35,706 bases of DNA, taken from assembly GCA_040182905.1 (NCBI GenBank), contig JARQWU010000089.1, forward strand, positions 1 to 35,706. Direction: 5' to 3'. Numbering within the stretch: position 1 is the first letter of the stretch; each line of letters begins with the position of its first letter. Both the position numbers and the translations under genes were made by a program. Positions 12,301-20,500 of the stretch are shown one piece after another. Below the pieces are notes generated by a model. That model ran no database searches and was not told where the DNA came from. It was given only the letters and a program-made list of their open reading frames with translations. The DNA is from Barthelona sp. PAP020 (Eukaryota).

Positions 12301-12922
12301 ATTCATTTCCATTTCCAGAAGCAATGGTTCTTTGATATTTTAAAACACATGTGAGCAGTCCACGTAAAGATGCAAATAATCCAATATGTTCAATTCCTTT
12401 AATATGAGAAAGTGTTAAATCTGTTCTGTTGAAAAAAACTTCCCCATCAACATTAATTTGTTGAGCTTTCGTCACGAAAAAATTCATAATATTTTGACAA
12501 CAATCTTTCAAAAACATTTCATGTGTCCAATTTCTTATATCTTTTAAAACCCATAAAAATAAATCCGTTAAAATATCAACAGTTAATGAGCAATTTTTCG
12601 TATTATCTTTGTAAAGAACTTTTATTAAAACGGGAATTAACATCGAAAAATAGGAATTTAACTCATTTGTAGTTGGCAAATGAGACAAAATTGTTAATAT
12701 GTCAAAACGAACGGCTTGATAAACATTATCATGAAAATCAACAGGTATTTGATCCAATTGTGCCACAAAAATTGGAATAAATTTGCTTAAAAAAAGAGAA
12801 TAGTGTTGAGTAAAAAAAATTTCAACGTCTAATTCTAGTTGTTTGTAAATATCATGTAATTCATTAATATTATTGTTGGAATTCTCTAAATTTTGAGATA
12901 TTTCCAACAAATTCTCTTGCAT
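395..12922 (-). CDS. TRRAP: TRRAP/Tra1 PIKK-family pseudokinase (SAGA/NuA4 scaffold), ~4175 aa, no obvious intron
   Basis: N-terminal segment FLSKFIPIF...QAVRFDILTILSHLPTTNEL...ILTDLF resembles the TRRAP N-terminal HEAT repeats. The FAT segment LSTWKKHRVP...YWAALLRWRQQFF resembles TRRAP TWRNRLP...HWSSIFMWRQHHY. The degenerate kinase region QFTKSLG...LINISTGEV lacks DRH/DFG, and the FATC end is YLPWL (TRRAP WHPWL). First ATG at 12922 after a T-run; the track start at 12949 is a TTG. Confidence 0.9.
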   Translation of the reverse strand: MQENLLEISQNLENSNNNINELHDIYKQLELDVEIFFTQHYSLFLSKFIPIFVAQLDQIPVDFHDNVYQAVRFDILTILSHLPTTNELNSYFSMLIPVLIKVLYKDNTKNCSLTVDILTDLFLWVLKDIRNWTHEMFLKDCCQNIMNFFVTKAQQINVDGEVFFNRTDLTLSHIKGIEHIGLFASLRGLLTCVLKYQRTIASGNGNELNLIKTQLYNHDIIYKMCLFPKQSNLFFYQDRVHVWLHAKITYLMILSEISTEFNFTFSNGSSELPFVTFYGQLIFNFLKDIIPLLCITDSNLLFKVFVFVSEHVDIFIDLFPLISSLLLKAVKVLDHYNSRVIASKLPSIVNAVVRCKQEQYKQNLVVDFANIIFNQYTQISLTSIPTIKEIVSTLEKQTDELSHHLINYVFYCLVVKLRLLARSCEKLIDKLYETRLMNDIPTEDLIDDVGLVKRRTELQINYPLGVPFGFDYISHTYFYANQLSSRINKPTPLVETYVVYIQNVIKNFFDVLTQICCRFNMKTDQTTGFSYVKRTQEFFINVGKDLIPALFKISKFFDMNGLSSEVPNVLGTFMQYLDSLRFEEYFDIIVDNFGDDLFSNNYLSFFEEICNHATVGFKAVTCSLKLVSQHLPFVLTLLHNDSFLLLNKKNNQMNTDNICGRKLTEVSDKYNFLLYEDDLHLKQQKNALLIHLQTLKLLNDSESHPIILNEGDYQHFFFSRRNYHMKSFENRIEYYFDVLLVVFKGICKLKTTIDSSTILAEHCIHVLAVLLRTLKTSSKFFFILKFFYEFIEYVALNNGDRVFQLLLPCQQDLFQNLHYYVENSPSEIIRKVANITYIHLASVFINKLEIFDLKDNLTSSQHPTTLLLEICYCFENHTMTGRKHISLEKVIDHMNNIYQPHLHEIFFKTPRFVRVLHKLMRLPETNPLSKEAFYFASVLVSPLSEYLNEYVDFSNDDHTLAESNCYKKIFRCLDDLPTVFIIRFTSSISDEKHVNFCKKDLFMNNIIKLETYSTKQSFDELKDIVSFAITVLFNPLKEMHNFDDIEPKEMKTILSLCISTLISALTNPLLPLNIRKKYESSFSEMLLFLCEKILNDSEDIDVSLFQQCVRAFIFNLSFPRLVFRRLVVEYFLEFFDNLFALSVDIDKNAKYDEMSKFLLDIIVELFSSVEENQLISAFLMYETILYLIKTHGTHLIQNTSSLDWNPFVFSIFSCFSNSTTDLLSCSCTAMDCLNHYSASSRIDIDFHLVLYDTILLSQLSPDFFRFFAVVLVKSSLFVMNELYSVLLEILDLNTNLTCFDQLDSRFNLPLKYTESFGDRIGQNLLTDRKIQSFFLTDIDLKTLTSEQSEEISKRGFVYDSIGFVTINSSIWEEYHLNKFFEDPRTPIEKQETFELGQIDYWMIFLKLLSGFENLENHQVWGEKFPNITETTKFFQHLKVICHIALSSIQKQPTMTFRHLNANGFTTLNPVFIKLFSHILPQDGENNNVLQSLIVNELDLFFCNPNAAPYTGYSLVMLEALDAFVRLLLLEINFLTQNNGQIDINLVENFVGMFFNTHLSFMTCPNTKIMRAVVKYGKTLMSSRFFSSERIAKCLENFRHTFSQDGPQSDQKYLTSLNRLSRISNLFHTDEIIDRVRGLVRNFATSNSSTMVGVGQPSASVFNAQQGFSTATRNQIPLAMDLLSLVDTSIGQDGFKNLVIASLKLMQISQTEPGNMSLFSVTGSSMGPLLTACLSNLDSSVATFIGQLSYDSTATTFIRLLQQPAAYSFAIAVADKAGHALGQVLTYPVEGRGSQTINWEAIRNNEEVNLPYNRNVRVYAAEVISIVMKKHPIMFENDFFKERAIFAFCSVVPTKRKLKQVDDHSYNVMFRKHLRNSIITYCRSHPAEYYAGFILLQGLGPVASVQASTVEFEIVRIFWLDFIDELSIDHLNGLFNFTMEILKKRSTLDILGKPYLNIFYLISDKEEYDMMTLIIQFIVEPCLYRYAKSENMSEIGNELERVFNSFLDVGMEIVDGFCETNSRDVLICGMNDYSIFGMNKIELLVNAFLRCCCVCMNEEFTLFRALIEKQSVFENDYEQNPVKHRFGSAIEKCLQMTLRIAMRKNDNVRLDALHAYVLTQLFTRVISFDLLKKILISIFKCTDSQRNVDKRASLTLSLVLESVFTGFIFVEDLPTPKKIVIEDKTLFFRTENLFTLNDDINVIDEMSQRLSDEEQIKKEQHLALQCEYVTISIVDIIRVLFLSEFSRQKEAESLFSLVASLEDCIIEPFYHVNPSVNTTNSLIDKQINYLKHLTSLFPYFFNVVIRSEGIDLNSFYLIQSIISFMLKTEKLLFEHKLKNLNPETELFDKELMNNIKTFDVELLLQKLWKFKGYFSNKEEILFILETFAPIIQKKQYSFDLKNQNSRYIDFLQNLIKRKPSLTDCIVKTALNHFILGLDFSQQQLAYPIMMTLSNTQLNILSIFSDYCEYLSLDTKSMLIKAILTRVKHLSEQTLESLEKEQDFFTECRKSFNLIYVLLRSFSSILQQIDINMDQELVLQTFSVLWKTLKKTVTFCVTSREKEKNISAIQPDIHLDTLIELVGHCCCYYLIIIGSMVSIGISDILRKQVLDSLMDFLDPNENNCLNKLLLGNELLFMIILYLLCSWSGRNDVSSEIQKLIKNYQHFQSIKGFWTLDEPLKRVERDQTMFYRPFHQLLFDANDCMEPHIIAMSLIEESSLLINLAASLKKLFVNPKTYFTKEIIYWCQLLLFTRIRDDLKLDGGELLLKLKDVIFIGLVSDNPKLMSSFLCLIQVLIAHLYSKTYNSEGYSVESFESNSKQAVRLFDSNISQPLSFEQILLVLCDQIDWSFVDFLPFSTVFTLILSLSINYPVFDFSADQLKDLNLHQCYFESLKQWHNDFITFLRETTNVEPVDEMISDNTSIYEDDDEFSLFFSTISCILNNPNVVSSLLEEMLVLTFANRPISNSIIQAINRFLVSKAVLDNYHVFCDDVSNTLTAIFFRAFVNFHSTPRIPNEVLIYCGKFLGCSAECINFITETKSMDNQSRALIRSIAQNSSMQFVIDSLDFDEAYDGQSFGDDACILPILELEIAGQLEEAYRLSSKLLSDLPSDAVPDFLRNRYIHTSKTLNHWFSLASIMSQEHIRTRYTQDDLNIPDPSCWVSSADLAEANSVIPLVSELSDSMPTVPRQTPESLLAQLIRDVRNQKPAHEESFQTIKADHDIFVAEILSKFRSFGNYLSVEHLELFSLMSREIEVFESAKVILHSDKRRVSFSNKVPRQNRDEVVLSTWKKHRVPSRHQGLDYWAALLRWRQQFFEIRSEKEDMRSRFYQEMLQTANLFAQQARILNLPSVSLSVLNMMRLSRAQLEPSDVFNSDREIVLSHMGSGSNQGLDFSLSYLPTTWPQSNHASVGNNLLVSVLHLRGLVLCEYQNRIMTDSSFTPSQLFFQYTGLSQALSQTHEALIDALDNVIQQNFLAGCNTGVVSSQLFNDWSRYLVQRLQQTVLKLNQPSLNLILDTLYVMLYALDSNRAKNNWSASNKAHLHYLILSMIWVMSLLPINVPESEIADFFEKLKLSSKKFNLYLSSVLPICVNFALKHHHCFVSKLCEYIVQFAIDSGALTDVVFPLIFAKLCEEVKYEMPVNFSSFFRSDKPNIEKIIRLVRSEKRAVILKMSSLYSMYRFFKKSIPLHPLGDVISDIESLIGNILVGSDSILLNGKIKELYTKLTQNSNFSFSKISLSFTQAINNFIQEFNEFFQQKPVDYLDFVVVLQKLADELSQPFIYPATHSFTYEFNIETMQFLFHTLNSGYSSIEGGSRQGFSSSPKSPSFGEFVFALPGVLDVPDMFIRSISGWYNISSTYTDIYVHSQSGHVKIIRIAKNNSEIQYSQLLLAELNRIVGNNNQMIVNRCFISSTSPIPIDIDRNMYKLDYKGTKLSDIISQKQALEDFINLKSKHKDLKNLYNSLKSKERHLVFRDTLYDRKSYQSRLLLGEQFTKSLGICWAISSAIGALPRPLKDTLINISTGEVQFNRCIPEITPLRQNNKIVGLDLKMDSTTIIRNSLVEAFPPFGHLATMLKAVVCTSSSISLAPEAAVAFETFIIDRLITSKINSDLFVNVPGLVQQILKSFKEFTVPKIPPKTLGDNYLKSSLFKTIIGRIQDSSSSSVHSHLPQNYLPWL

Positions 12923-13323
12923 ATAAAATAAAAAAAATATATAGTCCAAAAAAGCTCACTTTAAATTTTTTTTTGCATTTCTTTTATAAGGTAAAATGAA
13001 ATAAAAACAGAAAAGGCTGAAAGAAAAAAAAGAACAGTCACAAAAACAAAAAGTGCTTTTTTCATATTTTGTTCCATACAGAAGATAATTTTTCAGTTTC
13101 CATTATTTACATTTTATAAAATTAATAACAAAAGAAATATTTTTAGTTTTAAGATATTGATTGTGTCAATTTGGTAAAATTCTCAGACAAAGAAAAATAT
13201 TTCAAAAAAACTGATTATTTAACTTGTCTTCCACAAAAAAAAAAAAAAAGAAAGAAAAGCAAGGTGTTTACTCGATAAATAATTTGGAACATCGCGTGAA
13301 CGCTTGGGATGAAATAAATTGAA

Positions 13324-13339
13324 ATATATATATATATAT
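13324..13339. repeat. Short (AT)8 microsatellite
   Basis: atatatatatatatat in the TRRAP / RCC1-BTB intergenic region. Confidence 0.7.
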
Positions 13340-13438
13340 TTAATTGTTTAAAAACTTAATTGAAATTATCATATTCACAAAAAAAAAAAGAGAAATGATG
13401 AACAAAAGAAAAAGAATAATCAGTAAAAAATCAGAAAA

Positions 13439-15583
13439 TTATTGTTGAGGAGTTTTTGAAGGCTCAATTAATTCTCCAAAAAGTTGACATGCTGGATGAT
13501 TGATTGAAATGTTTAAGTGCTCAGAAATTCCATACGGAACAGTAAGACCATTTTGAATAAAACATACCAAAATTTTCTTCAACCAAAAAACATCAATATT
13601 TTTAAAAAGAGTTGTCTTTTTAAAACGTACCAAATGCTTTTGAATACAAAAAACAAATCTGGGGTTATTGTGACAAAACTTAAATAAAAGTTCTTGGATG
13701 TCAGAAAAAAAAGCTGAATAATCAATAAAGAGTTTAACAAATATCTCCGGTGTCATTTTGTCAAAAAAGTTCCACAAAAGATTATTTCTCAATTTTTCTG
13801 CACCGAAATAAATAGATATTGTCAACAATTCAAATAATTCTTCCATAACGAATTCATTAAAATCTATCTTTTGCTGATACAAAACTCTTAAAAATGTTTG
13901 TAAGATTTTCTTTTGAAAAGGTACATTGACAACATATTTCAATGGTTCAACAGCTTTTGAATACTCTTTTCCATTAAAAGTCAACAAATCCTTGAAAAAC
14001 GAACAAGTTGAAGATAAAACAATTAAATGACAACCAACTTTTCGATTATTGGTACTGATCAACAACACATCAGGTTTTAATTTTTTTAAAAAACTAAAAT
14101 CAACAGTTGGAAATATTTCTTCATTATAAAAAAGGATATGATTTTCAATTCCTTCATATTCATCAATATTTAGTTGAAAAGCTTGGTATATCAATTGAGG
14201 TATGTAAATATTTCTTGATTTTGTCAATTCAATATCTGTGCTTTCAAAAAAATTAGACAAAAAAGCAAGACTTTCAATATCAAATAAAAATGATGAATAT
14301 TTGGGAAGTTCAATCTTAAAACTAGGTGTTCTTAACAAACAAAATTCATTTGACATTGAACCATGGTTGAAATGAATTTTTGAGGAGTATAATTTTCCAT
14401 CAAAATTAGCAATCAGTTCTTCATGTTTCAATTTACCTTGAACTTGGAAAAATCCACAACTATATTTTTCTTTATCCTTTGAAGGTCCTGTGATGAATAG
14501 AGAACTAGAACAACCTTTTCCTGCACTAGTAAACGTGATTGGCGGAGTAAATTCGTTTTTTCTGCTGCTCACAAAAGATATAGCTGAAGATCCCCTTTTT
14601 GTAATCGAACCTAATCGACCATTTTTGCTATTTCCAAAACCATACGATTCCAAGGAATCTAAAGTTACCCAGGCATGTTCAGAACCAACATTTAAAGCCA
14701 TAATTGAAACTTCCATTCGAATAGGAATCATCAAACCATCTTGAGGTAAAATACCTGTTGAACACATTGCTAATCCAGTAAGATTGCTACCATAAATAAA
14801 TAACTCATGTTCAGTTCCAACAATCCCAATCAAACCATCAATACAAATTCCAATATCTGAAAATGTTCCTTGAACTCTTAAACTAGGAAAGAAACTTTGA
14901 TTTTTATCCAAATTATACCCAAAAACATAACCATCTAACGTTAAAAAATAAACAATAATATCTCTATTACATGATACCACACGATCACAAACAACTTTAA
15001 TAAAATGCAATCCTTCAAACATCTTTAATTCAAAAACATTTTGATTTTCTAAATTTATAACTCCACAAAAACAATTGTCAGTGATAACAATAACAAAATT
15101 CTCATAAAGCGAAAAACCAATAATCGTTCCTTCTAAATCACATTTAATACAAGAAATATCCAATTCAGATCCAACCAGTCTCAATAAAAACAAATTGCCT
15201 TCGTTGCTTAAGACAACTCCCAGATTTTTATGACTATTGCAAAATACTATCGTTTCATTCTCTTTTAAGGGAATATCAACTTCCATCAAATGATGTTTCG
15301 GAATCCAAAAATATACCATTTTTTCATTTTTACGTTGCTCAAAAGAAAATTGAAAATTACCATCACTTAAATCATATTTGAATCCTCTATGCCATACAAT
15401 ATTACCATAATATTTAACATATTGAATATTATGAGTAGATATCTCGTGAAAAGCTTCTTCAGATGATATTTCTCTTAATGGGACACAATTTAACCCAAAT
15501 ATTATATCATCTGTCGATCTTTCCATCATATTGATATCTGCTACATGTTTCAAATGATGAAAAATATCGACAGCTGTTTTCAT
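13439..15583 (-). CDS. RCC1-repeat plus BTB/POZ domain protein
   Basis: RCC1-like motifs (LFIYGSNLTG; VGSEHAWVTLDSLESYGFGNSKNGRLG) and a C-terminal BTB signature (PDVLLISTNNRKVGCHLIVLSSTCSFFKDLL...FLRVLY...ELLTISIYFGAEKL). Confidence 0.75.
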   Translation of the reverse strand: MKTAVDIFHHLKHVADINMMERSTDDIIFGLNCVPLREISSEEAFHEISTHNIQYVKYYGNIVWHRGFKYDLSDGNFQFSFEQRKNEKMVYFWIPKHHLMEVDIPLKENETIVFCNSHKNLGVVLSNEGNLFLLRLVGSELDISCIKCDLEGTIIGFSLYENFVIVITDNCFCGVINLENQNVFELKMFEGLHFIKVVCDRVVSCNRDIIVYFLTLDGYVFGYNLDKNQSFFPSLRVQGTFSDIGICIDGLIGIVGTEHELFIYGSNLTGLAMCSTGILPQDGLMIPIRMEVSIMALNVGSEHAWVTLDSLESYGFGNSKNGRLGSITKRGSSAISFVSSRKNEFTPPITFTSAGKGCSSSLFITGPSKDKEKYSCGFFQVQGKLKHEELIANFDGKLYSSKIHFNHGSMSNEFCLLRTPSFKIELPKYSSFLFDIESLAFLSNFFESTDIELTKSRNIYIPQLIYQAFQLNIDEYEGIENHILFYNEEIFPTVDFSFLKKLKPDVLLISTNNRKVGCHLIVLSSTCSFFKDLLTFNGKEYSKAVEPLKYVVNVPFQKKILQTFLRVLYQQKIDFNEFVMEELFELLTISIYFGAEKLRNNLLWNFFDKMTPEIFVKLFIDYSAFFSDIQELLFKFCHNNPRFVFCIQKHLVRFKKTTLFKNIDVFWLKKILVCFIQNGLTVPYGISEHLNISINHPACQLFGELIEPSKTPQQ

Positions 15584-15753
15584 AAAAAAATCAATATCAA
15601 TTCATTTAATTTCATCAAGTGCTACATCATTTGTTTTATTTTTTTGACATATCAACCAAATCAATCTGTATTATCTTTTTAAAACTTTCAAAAAGCAAAT
15701 ATTATCAAAAATCAAAAAAGAAAAATTGGTGTTTCAATAAAAAACTTGTATTT

Positions 15754-16505
15754 TTACACTTTATTAAATAAGAAGAAAACACCTTTCAAATATCCAACAA
15801 TCTCATTAGATCCCATCTTGGATGACCCAAAAATACGGTCAACAAATGAAATGGGAACTTCTGCAATAGAACACCCATTGATACGTGCTCTGTACATAAT
15901 TTCCATCTGGAAAGTATATCCTTTTGCAACAACATTCTTTAAAATGTTCTCAAAAACATCTTTCTTGTACAAACGGAAAGATCCAGTTAAATCAGACACT
16001 TTAGGTTGCAATAAAGTGTCAGCAACATAATTAGCCACACGAGATGTGAGAACTCGCATCAAATTCCAACCATAAACAGAACCACCATGGGCATAACGCG
16101 TTCCAGTAACAACATCATAATTTTCTTCCCTTTGTTTTTCAACAAAAGCAGGCATATACTTGGGATGATGAGACAAATCAGCATCCAAAATGAAAATAAA
16201 TTCTCCTTCAGTCAATTTAAAACCATCCATATAAGCGGATCCTAATCCTAATTTTCCGGCTCTTTCCAAAAGTTTAATACGATTGGGGAAAACCTCTTGA
16301 AGTTTTCTCACAATATTAGCAGTTCCATCTGGAGAATTATCATCAACAATAACAATTTCATAATTAATTTTTCTACCAATTAGAAGAGAAAAAACTAAAA
16401 ACAATACGCCTCAGTTAAATACTTATCAATAAGATAAATGCAAATTGGAAGGTTATCACTTTCATTATAAGTGGGACAAATGATTGAATAAAGAGGTTGA
16501 CTCAT
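15754..16505 (-). CDS. DPM1: Dolichol-phosphate mannosyltransferase catalytic subunit (GT2), 238 aa; exons 16505-16408 and 16372-15754
   Basis: Spliced N-terminus MSQPLYSIICPTYNESDNLPICIYLIDKYLTEA|KINYEIVIVDDNSPDGT; motifs GKLGLGSAY, DADLSHHP, DLTGSFRLY. Removing the 35-nt intron restores the frame. Confidence 0.96.
16373..16407 (-). other. 35-nt spliceosomal intron in DPM1 (phase 2)
   Basis: GTATTGTTTTTAGTTTTTTCTCTTCTAATTGGTAG; joins the PTYNE exon to the YEIVIVDD exon in frame. Confidence 0.92.
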
Positions 16506-16547
16506 TGTAAAAAAAAAAAATGGTGAAAGAAAAAAACACTTTTATTC
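16506..16547. promoter_or_regulatory. 42-bp divergent intergenic region (DPM1 / Q-P-rich gene), putative bidirectional core promoter
   Basis: Only 42 bp between two divergent ATGs; A-rich left part, GAAAGAAAAAAACACTTTT core, T-rich right end. Confidence 0.55.
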
Positions 16548-17072
16548 ATGGCCAACTTCAACAGTCCATATTCATCTCATATGATTGGGAATATGGGACA
16601 AATTTCAAATAATCAAATTCAAAGAAATCAAAATCCACAGTTACTGCAACAACAACGATTGATGATGCAAGCATCTCAACGAATTCCAGGATTTCCACCA
16701 CAACCTCAATATGGTTCAACTTTAAACATGATTTCTCCTCAACAATTCCAACCCAGTCAAAATCCGAGAGCCTACAATCAAATTGCTCCTTCTCCATATC
16801 ATAGACCAACGTACAGCAATAATACACAGCCCCAAAGAAATACTCCTATTATGTATGGTCCTGGATATGATATTTATAACACTCCTCAAAATCCACATGT
16901 CTATCCTGCCCAACAAAGGCCCATGGTTCAACCTTTTTCAACTCCTTCACCATATCCACGGTCTAATATCAGTGTACAGCAACCAAAAGATACTTCTATT
17001 TCAATGCCCAAAAATTTGCGAAACATTACTTTTCAAAAAGCAAGACAAAAAATTAATGATAATCCTTTGTAA
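16548..17072 (+). CDS. Hypothetical Q/P/N/Y-rich low-complexity protein, 174 aa
   Basis: ATG-started ORF with strongly biased, protein-like composition, head-to-head with DPM1; no domain recognised. Confidence 0.65.
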   Translation: MANFNSPYSSHMIGNMGQISNNQIQRNQNPQLLQQQRLMMQASQRIPGFPPQPQYGSTLNMISPQQFQPSQNPRAYNQIAPSPYHRPTYSNNTQPQRNTPIMYGPGYDIYNTPQNPHVYPAQQRPMVQPFSTPSPYPRSNISVQQPKDTSISMPKNLRNITFQKARQKINDNPL

Positions 17073-17523
17073 TCCTCAGACAGACAGAAACATTTTTTGT
17101 TCACATCAATATAACGTTTTCATCATACGAATTAGTAGAAAATTACTAATTGCTGAAATGTTTTGTGTTCAATTTCAGCGTTGATTTAGCATAAATTTTT
17201 TAAGAGTTTTCTTTTTAAATTTACAGATTCACATCATTTTGTCCGACAGAAGCAGGAGATTTTTAAGATACAATTATTACAAAATTCGGACCGAAGAAAA
17301 AAAAGAACTTTTCAGAGAAAAGTTCAAAACAAAATGTTTTACTTGTTTGAAGAAAAGTTTTGATTGCTCCAATCATACCAACTTTTTTTTTTTTTAATAT
17401 GAGAATTGGTGAAATGTTTTTAAAATTAATATAAAGGAAATATTTGTTCTTCATTTTACAAATGAATCACACCAAAATAACAGAAAAATAAAAGTGAAAA
17501 AAATAGAAGGCTTTTTTATTGTG

Positions 17524-20500
17524 ATGGATTTCTTTTCAGAAGTTTTTCTTCAAAAAAATTCCAGTGCTATTGCTCAAAAGAGGTTGGGATATCTGAAATT
17601 ATGTTCAGATGTAATTTCTGAAAAACAGCAGAATCCTTCAGCCACTGCCTATTTTGGCATTTTATTAAACTTATTAAGGATGGATGATGATTTTTCTGAT
17701 GATGATGAAGCAGCGATAATATATTTACTTTCAATAATAGTTATCCAAGTTCCAAAACCTGTAATTGTTGATAGATTTGAATCAATTATTCGTTTAATTT
17801 TTGATAAAATTGAAAAATATGAAGAAAACAGTTTTATCAAATATCATATTCAAGTTTTAGAATACGTGTTTAAAATTGTCTCCGATCAAATTGGAAAAAC
17901 AGTAGTATCCAGTAAGATTCGAGATTTATTTCCTTATTGTCTTCATTCTAATGGAAAATTACGTCATTCAATTCATACTTTATATAAAACATTGGCTGAA
18001 AGTGTTTCCCATAGTGAAAGATTATCAAAAGGGTTCACTCAACTAATTTCACCTTTTATGGCAAATTTTACAGAATCTTCAACGAGTTCTTCACTAACTG
18101 ACACTTTATATATTCTTCAACTTGTTACAAATTGTTTTCCTTATTTAAATATCAAATCTTATGTCTCAGCAAAAGAATTTTCGTCTTTCATTGAATATAT
18201 TGTGACAGAAATGAAATTATCTAGTCCTAAAGTTAGTAATTTAATAATTGGTGGTTATGATCGTTATTTCACTTTGATTCAACAATCAATATCAGATGGT
18301 GAAACAGTTTCCGATTCAAGTTTGGAATTAAATTTGAATACTTTGCTTAAACTGAGACTTCACATAACATCGGATGAGATGACTTCCCATAAATTTGTAA
18401 ATTCTTACACAAATGGAGTTCTTTCATCATTTATTTATCGAAATTCTCAGGATATTCTCGTTGATTCCCCTATTAATTCCACATTTTTAGAAAGAAAAAC
18501 TGAAACTTGTTTGGTTTTATTGGTAAAAGGTGTTTTTGAGCTTAAAAAGAAAACTGCAACCCAAAAAGCTTTAAATTATTTGTGCAAATTGACCGAAACG
18601 TGTTTTAAAGGGGAAGGTTTGCATATTGAAACAATGATTGATAAATTTTCCCAATTTGGTGATGAAATGCTTTCAATTAATTATCAATGGTTATGGCCTG
18701 TTTTATTTCAATGGTTTAGTGTATTTTTTAGATGTTTTCCAGCAAAACATTTTGAAAAAGTTCAGCCTTTAATTGAAAAACTTGATGAAATATATTTTAC
18801 TTTCATTAAATTTTTACCAGCAGATAATGCTGAAACTACTGAAGAGTTGGACATTATTTTACCTGCACCAGCAGCAAGACAACACTTTTTTGAAATGTTT
18901 TCTTCACTTATTTCAAATGTTAAACCATCAATTATTCTTGATCTTTTGCCTCTAGGACTTTCAACTGAAAATTCAAGAATTTATCTTGTTAGAGCGTTGC
19001 AAAAATCATCATCCAATTCTCAATTATCAGTTTTTAAAACTCCTTTGCTGGAAGAAGTGCAGGAGTTGGTTTCATTAGCAAATGATTCAGAAATTCCTGA
19101 AGAAAAAGCAGAAATTATTCAATTGGTTGAAGAAATTTGGAAAATGTTTCCCTCTTTTTGTCTATATCCAATTGATTTTGATGAAGTATTTCCATCTTTA
19201 GTCAATAGTTGTGGTGGAACAATAAAGAATGCATCTATTTTTGCTCCTTATGTCGGAATTGGTTTGAAAAATTTGGTTGATACTTGTTTGTGGGAATTCA
19301 ATAACAATGAAAATGGTCAAAAACAAAATTTGTCATTGGCTAAAGGTGATATTGAAGGAAATGGAACAGCTTTGCTGTTGGCACGAAGTTTTGATTTTGC
19401 AAGATTGTTGATGTTGGTTGCATCACCTGCAAAAAACAACAAATTTTCAGATTCACAATTTCACCAGATTGTGGAAAGCATATCTGCCTTAAGTAGTGTG
19501 TTGAACAGTGAACAGCTAATAAAATTATTTGAAATAGCTTTTAAAACTTTGGAACAATCAATAGTAAGTGAAGCATTAGACAGTGGAAATTTTGCTTTGG
19601 ACATGGTTATTGCAATATTAGAGGGTATGAAATGCCACATTGAAAGGTTAGGAAGCATTTCCGATTTTTCCACTGAATATTTGAGTGAAATCAAGGGTAA
19701 GGTTATTGCATGCTGTCACAGTAAAGTTGTTAGTTATCAAAAGAAGGGGTATCGTTGTTTGTTATCATTGACAAGTATTGTTGATTTTGATTTTTTTGAA
19801 AATATTGATTTTGAGAATGATTTGGACATTGGCAGTGTTTTAGAAGGTTCGAAGTCATATCGTCTTCAACTATTTACAGCTGTTTTAAAAAAATTATTTG
19901 AAGAAGAAAACAAAAATGAGAATTTTATTGACGTTGTGTCTTCTTTTATTCCTGAAACAATTCTTGGATTTGCTTCCAGCTCTCAAAAAACTCGAAACGC
20001 TGCAATAGATTTGCTAAATACAATTGTTATTTGTTTAACTTCTCAAGGTATTGTTGTTGACCACATTGTTTTGATGTTATTGGCAGGAATTGATGGTGAA
20101 ACACAACATATGGTTGCTGCATCCCTCCAAACCGTCACTTCTTTGTTGGTAAATCACAAAGATGAAATTAAAGAAGAAACTTTCACAAGAATTCTTCAAG
20201 TTACTTGTGAATTGTTTCAAACCAAGAGTCGTGAAATAGCAAGACCATTATTTGGTTTAATTCGTACTATTGTTGCGTGTGCAAAAAGAGAAAGTTATGA
20301 GAAGTACACTGCAGACATTTTACTTGCAAGTTTACATTATTTTACCTTGTCAAAGAAATTCCAACAAGGAGTTAAAATTCTTGTTGAAAGGTTATTGAGA
20401 AAATATGATGATGAAGAATTGATGAAATTGTTGAAATCATGTGCTAATAGTGAAGGTCAAGTAATTACTGCGGGAACAGAAAGGCCATTGAATGTTTACG

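Noticed and set aside
13259..13312. Small GC-richer patch with a tiny GCGTGAACGC hairpin
   Set aside because: Too short; no tRNA, snRNA or snoRNA signature could be assembled.
15584..15670. Protein-like in-frame stretch upstream of the RCC1-BTB gene containing a TGA (possible TGA=Trp recoding)
   Set aside because: TGA clearly terminates RPC2, GSK3 and calcineurin B, and conserved Trp residues use TGG; a TAA with no intervening in-frame ATG lies just upstream.
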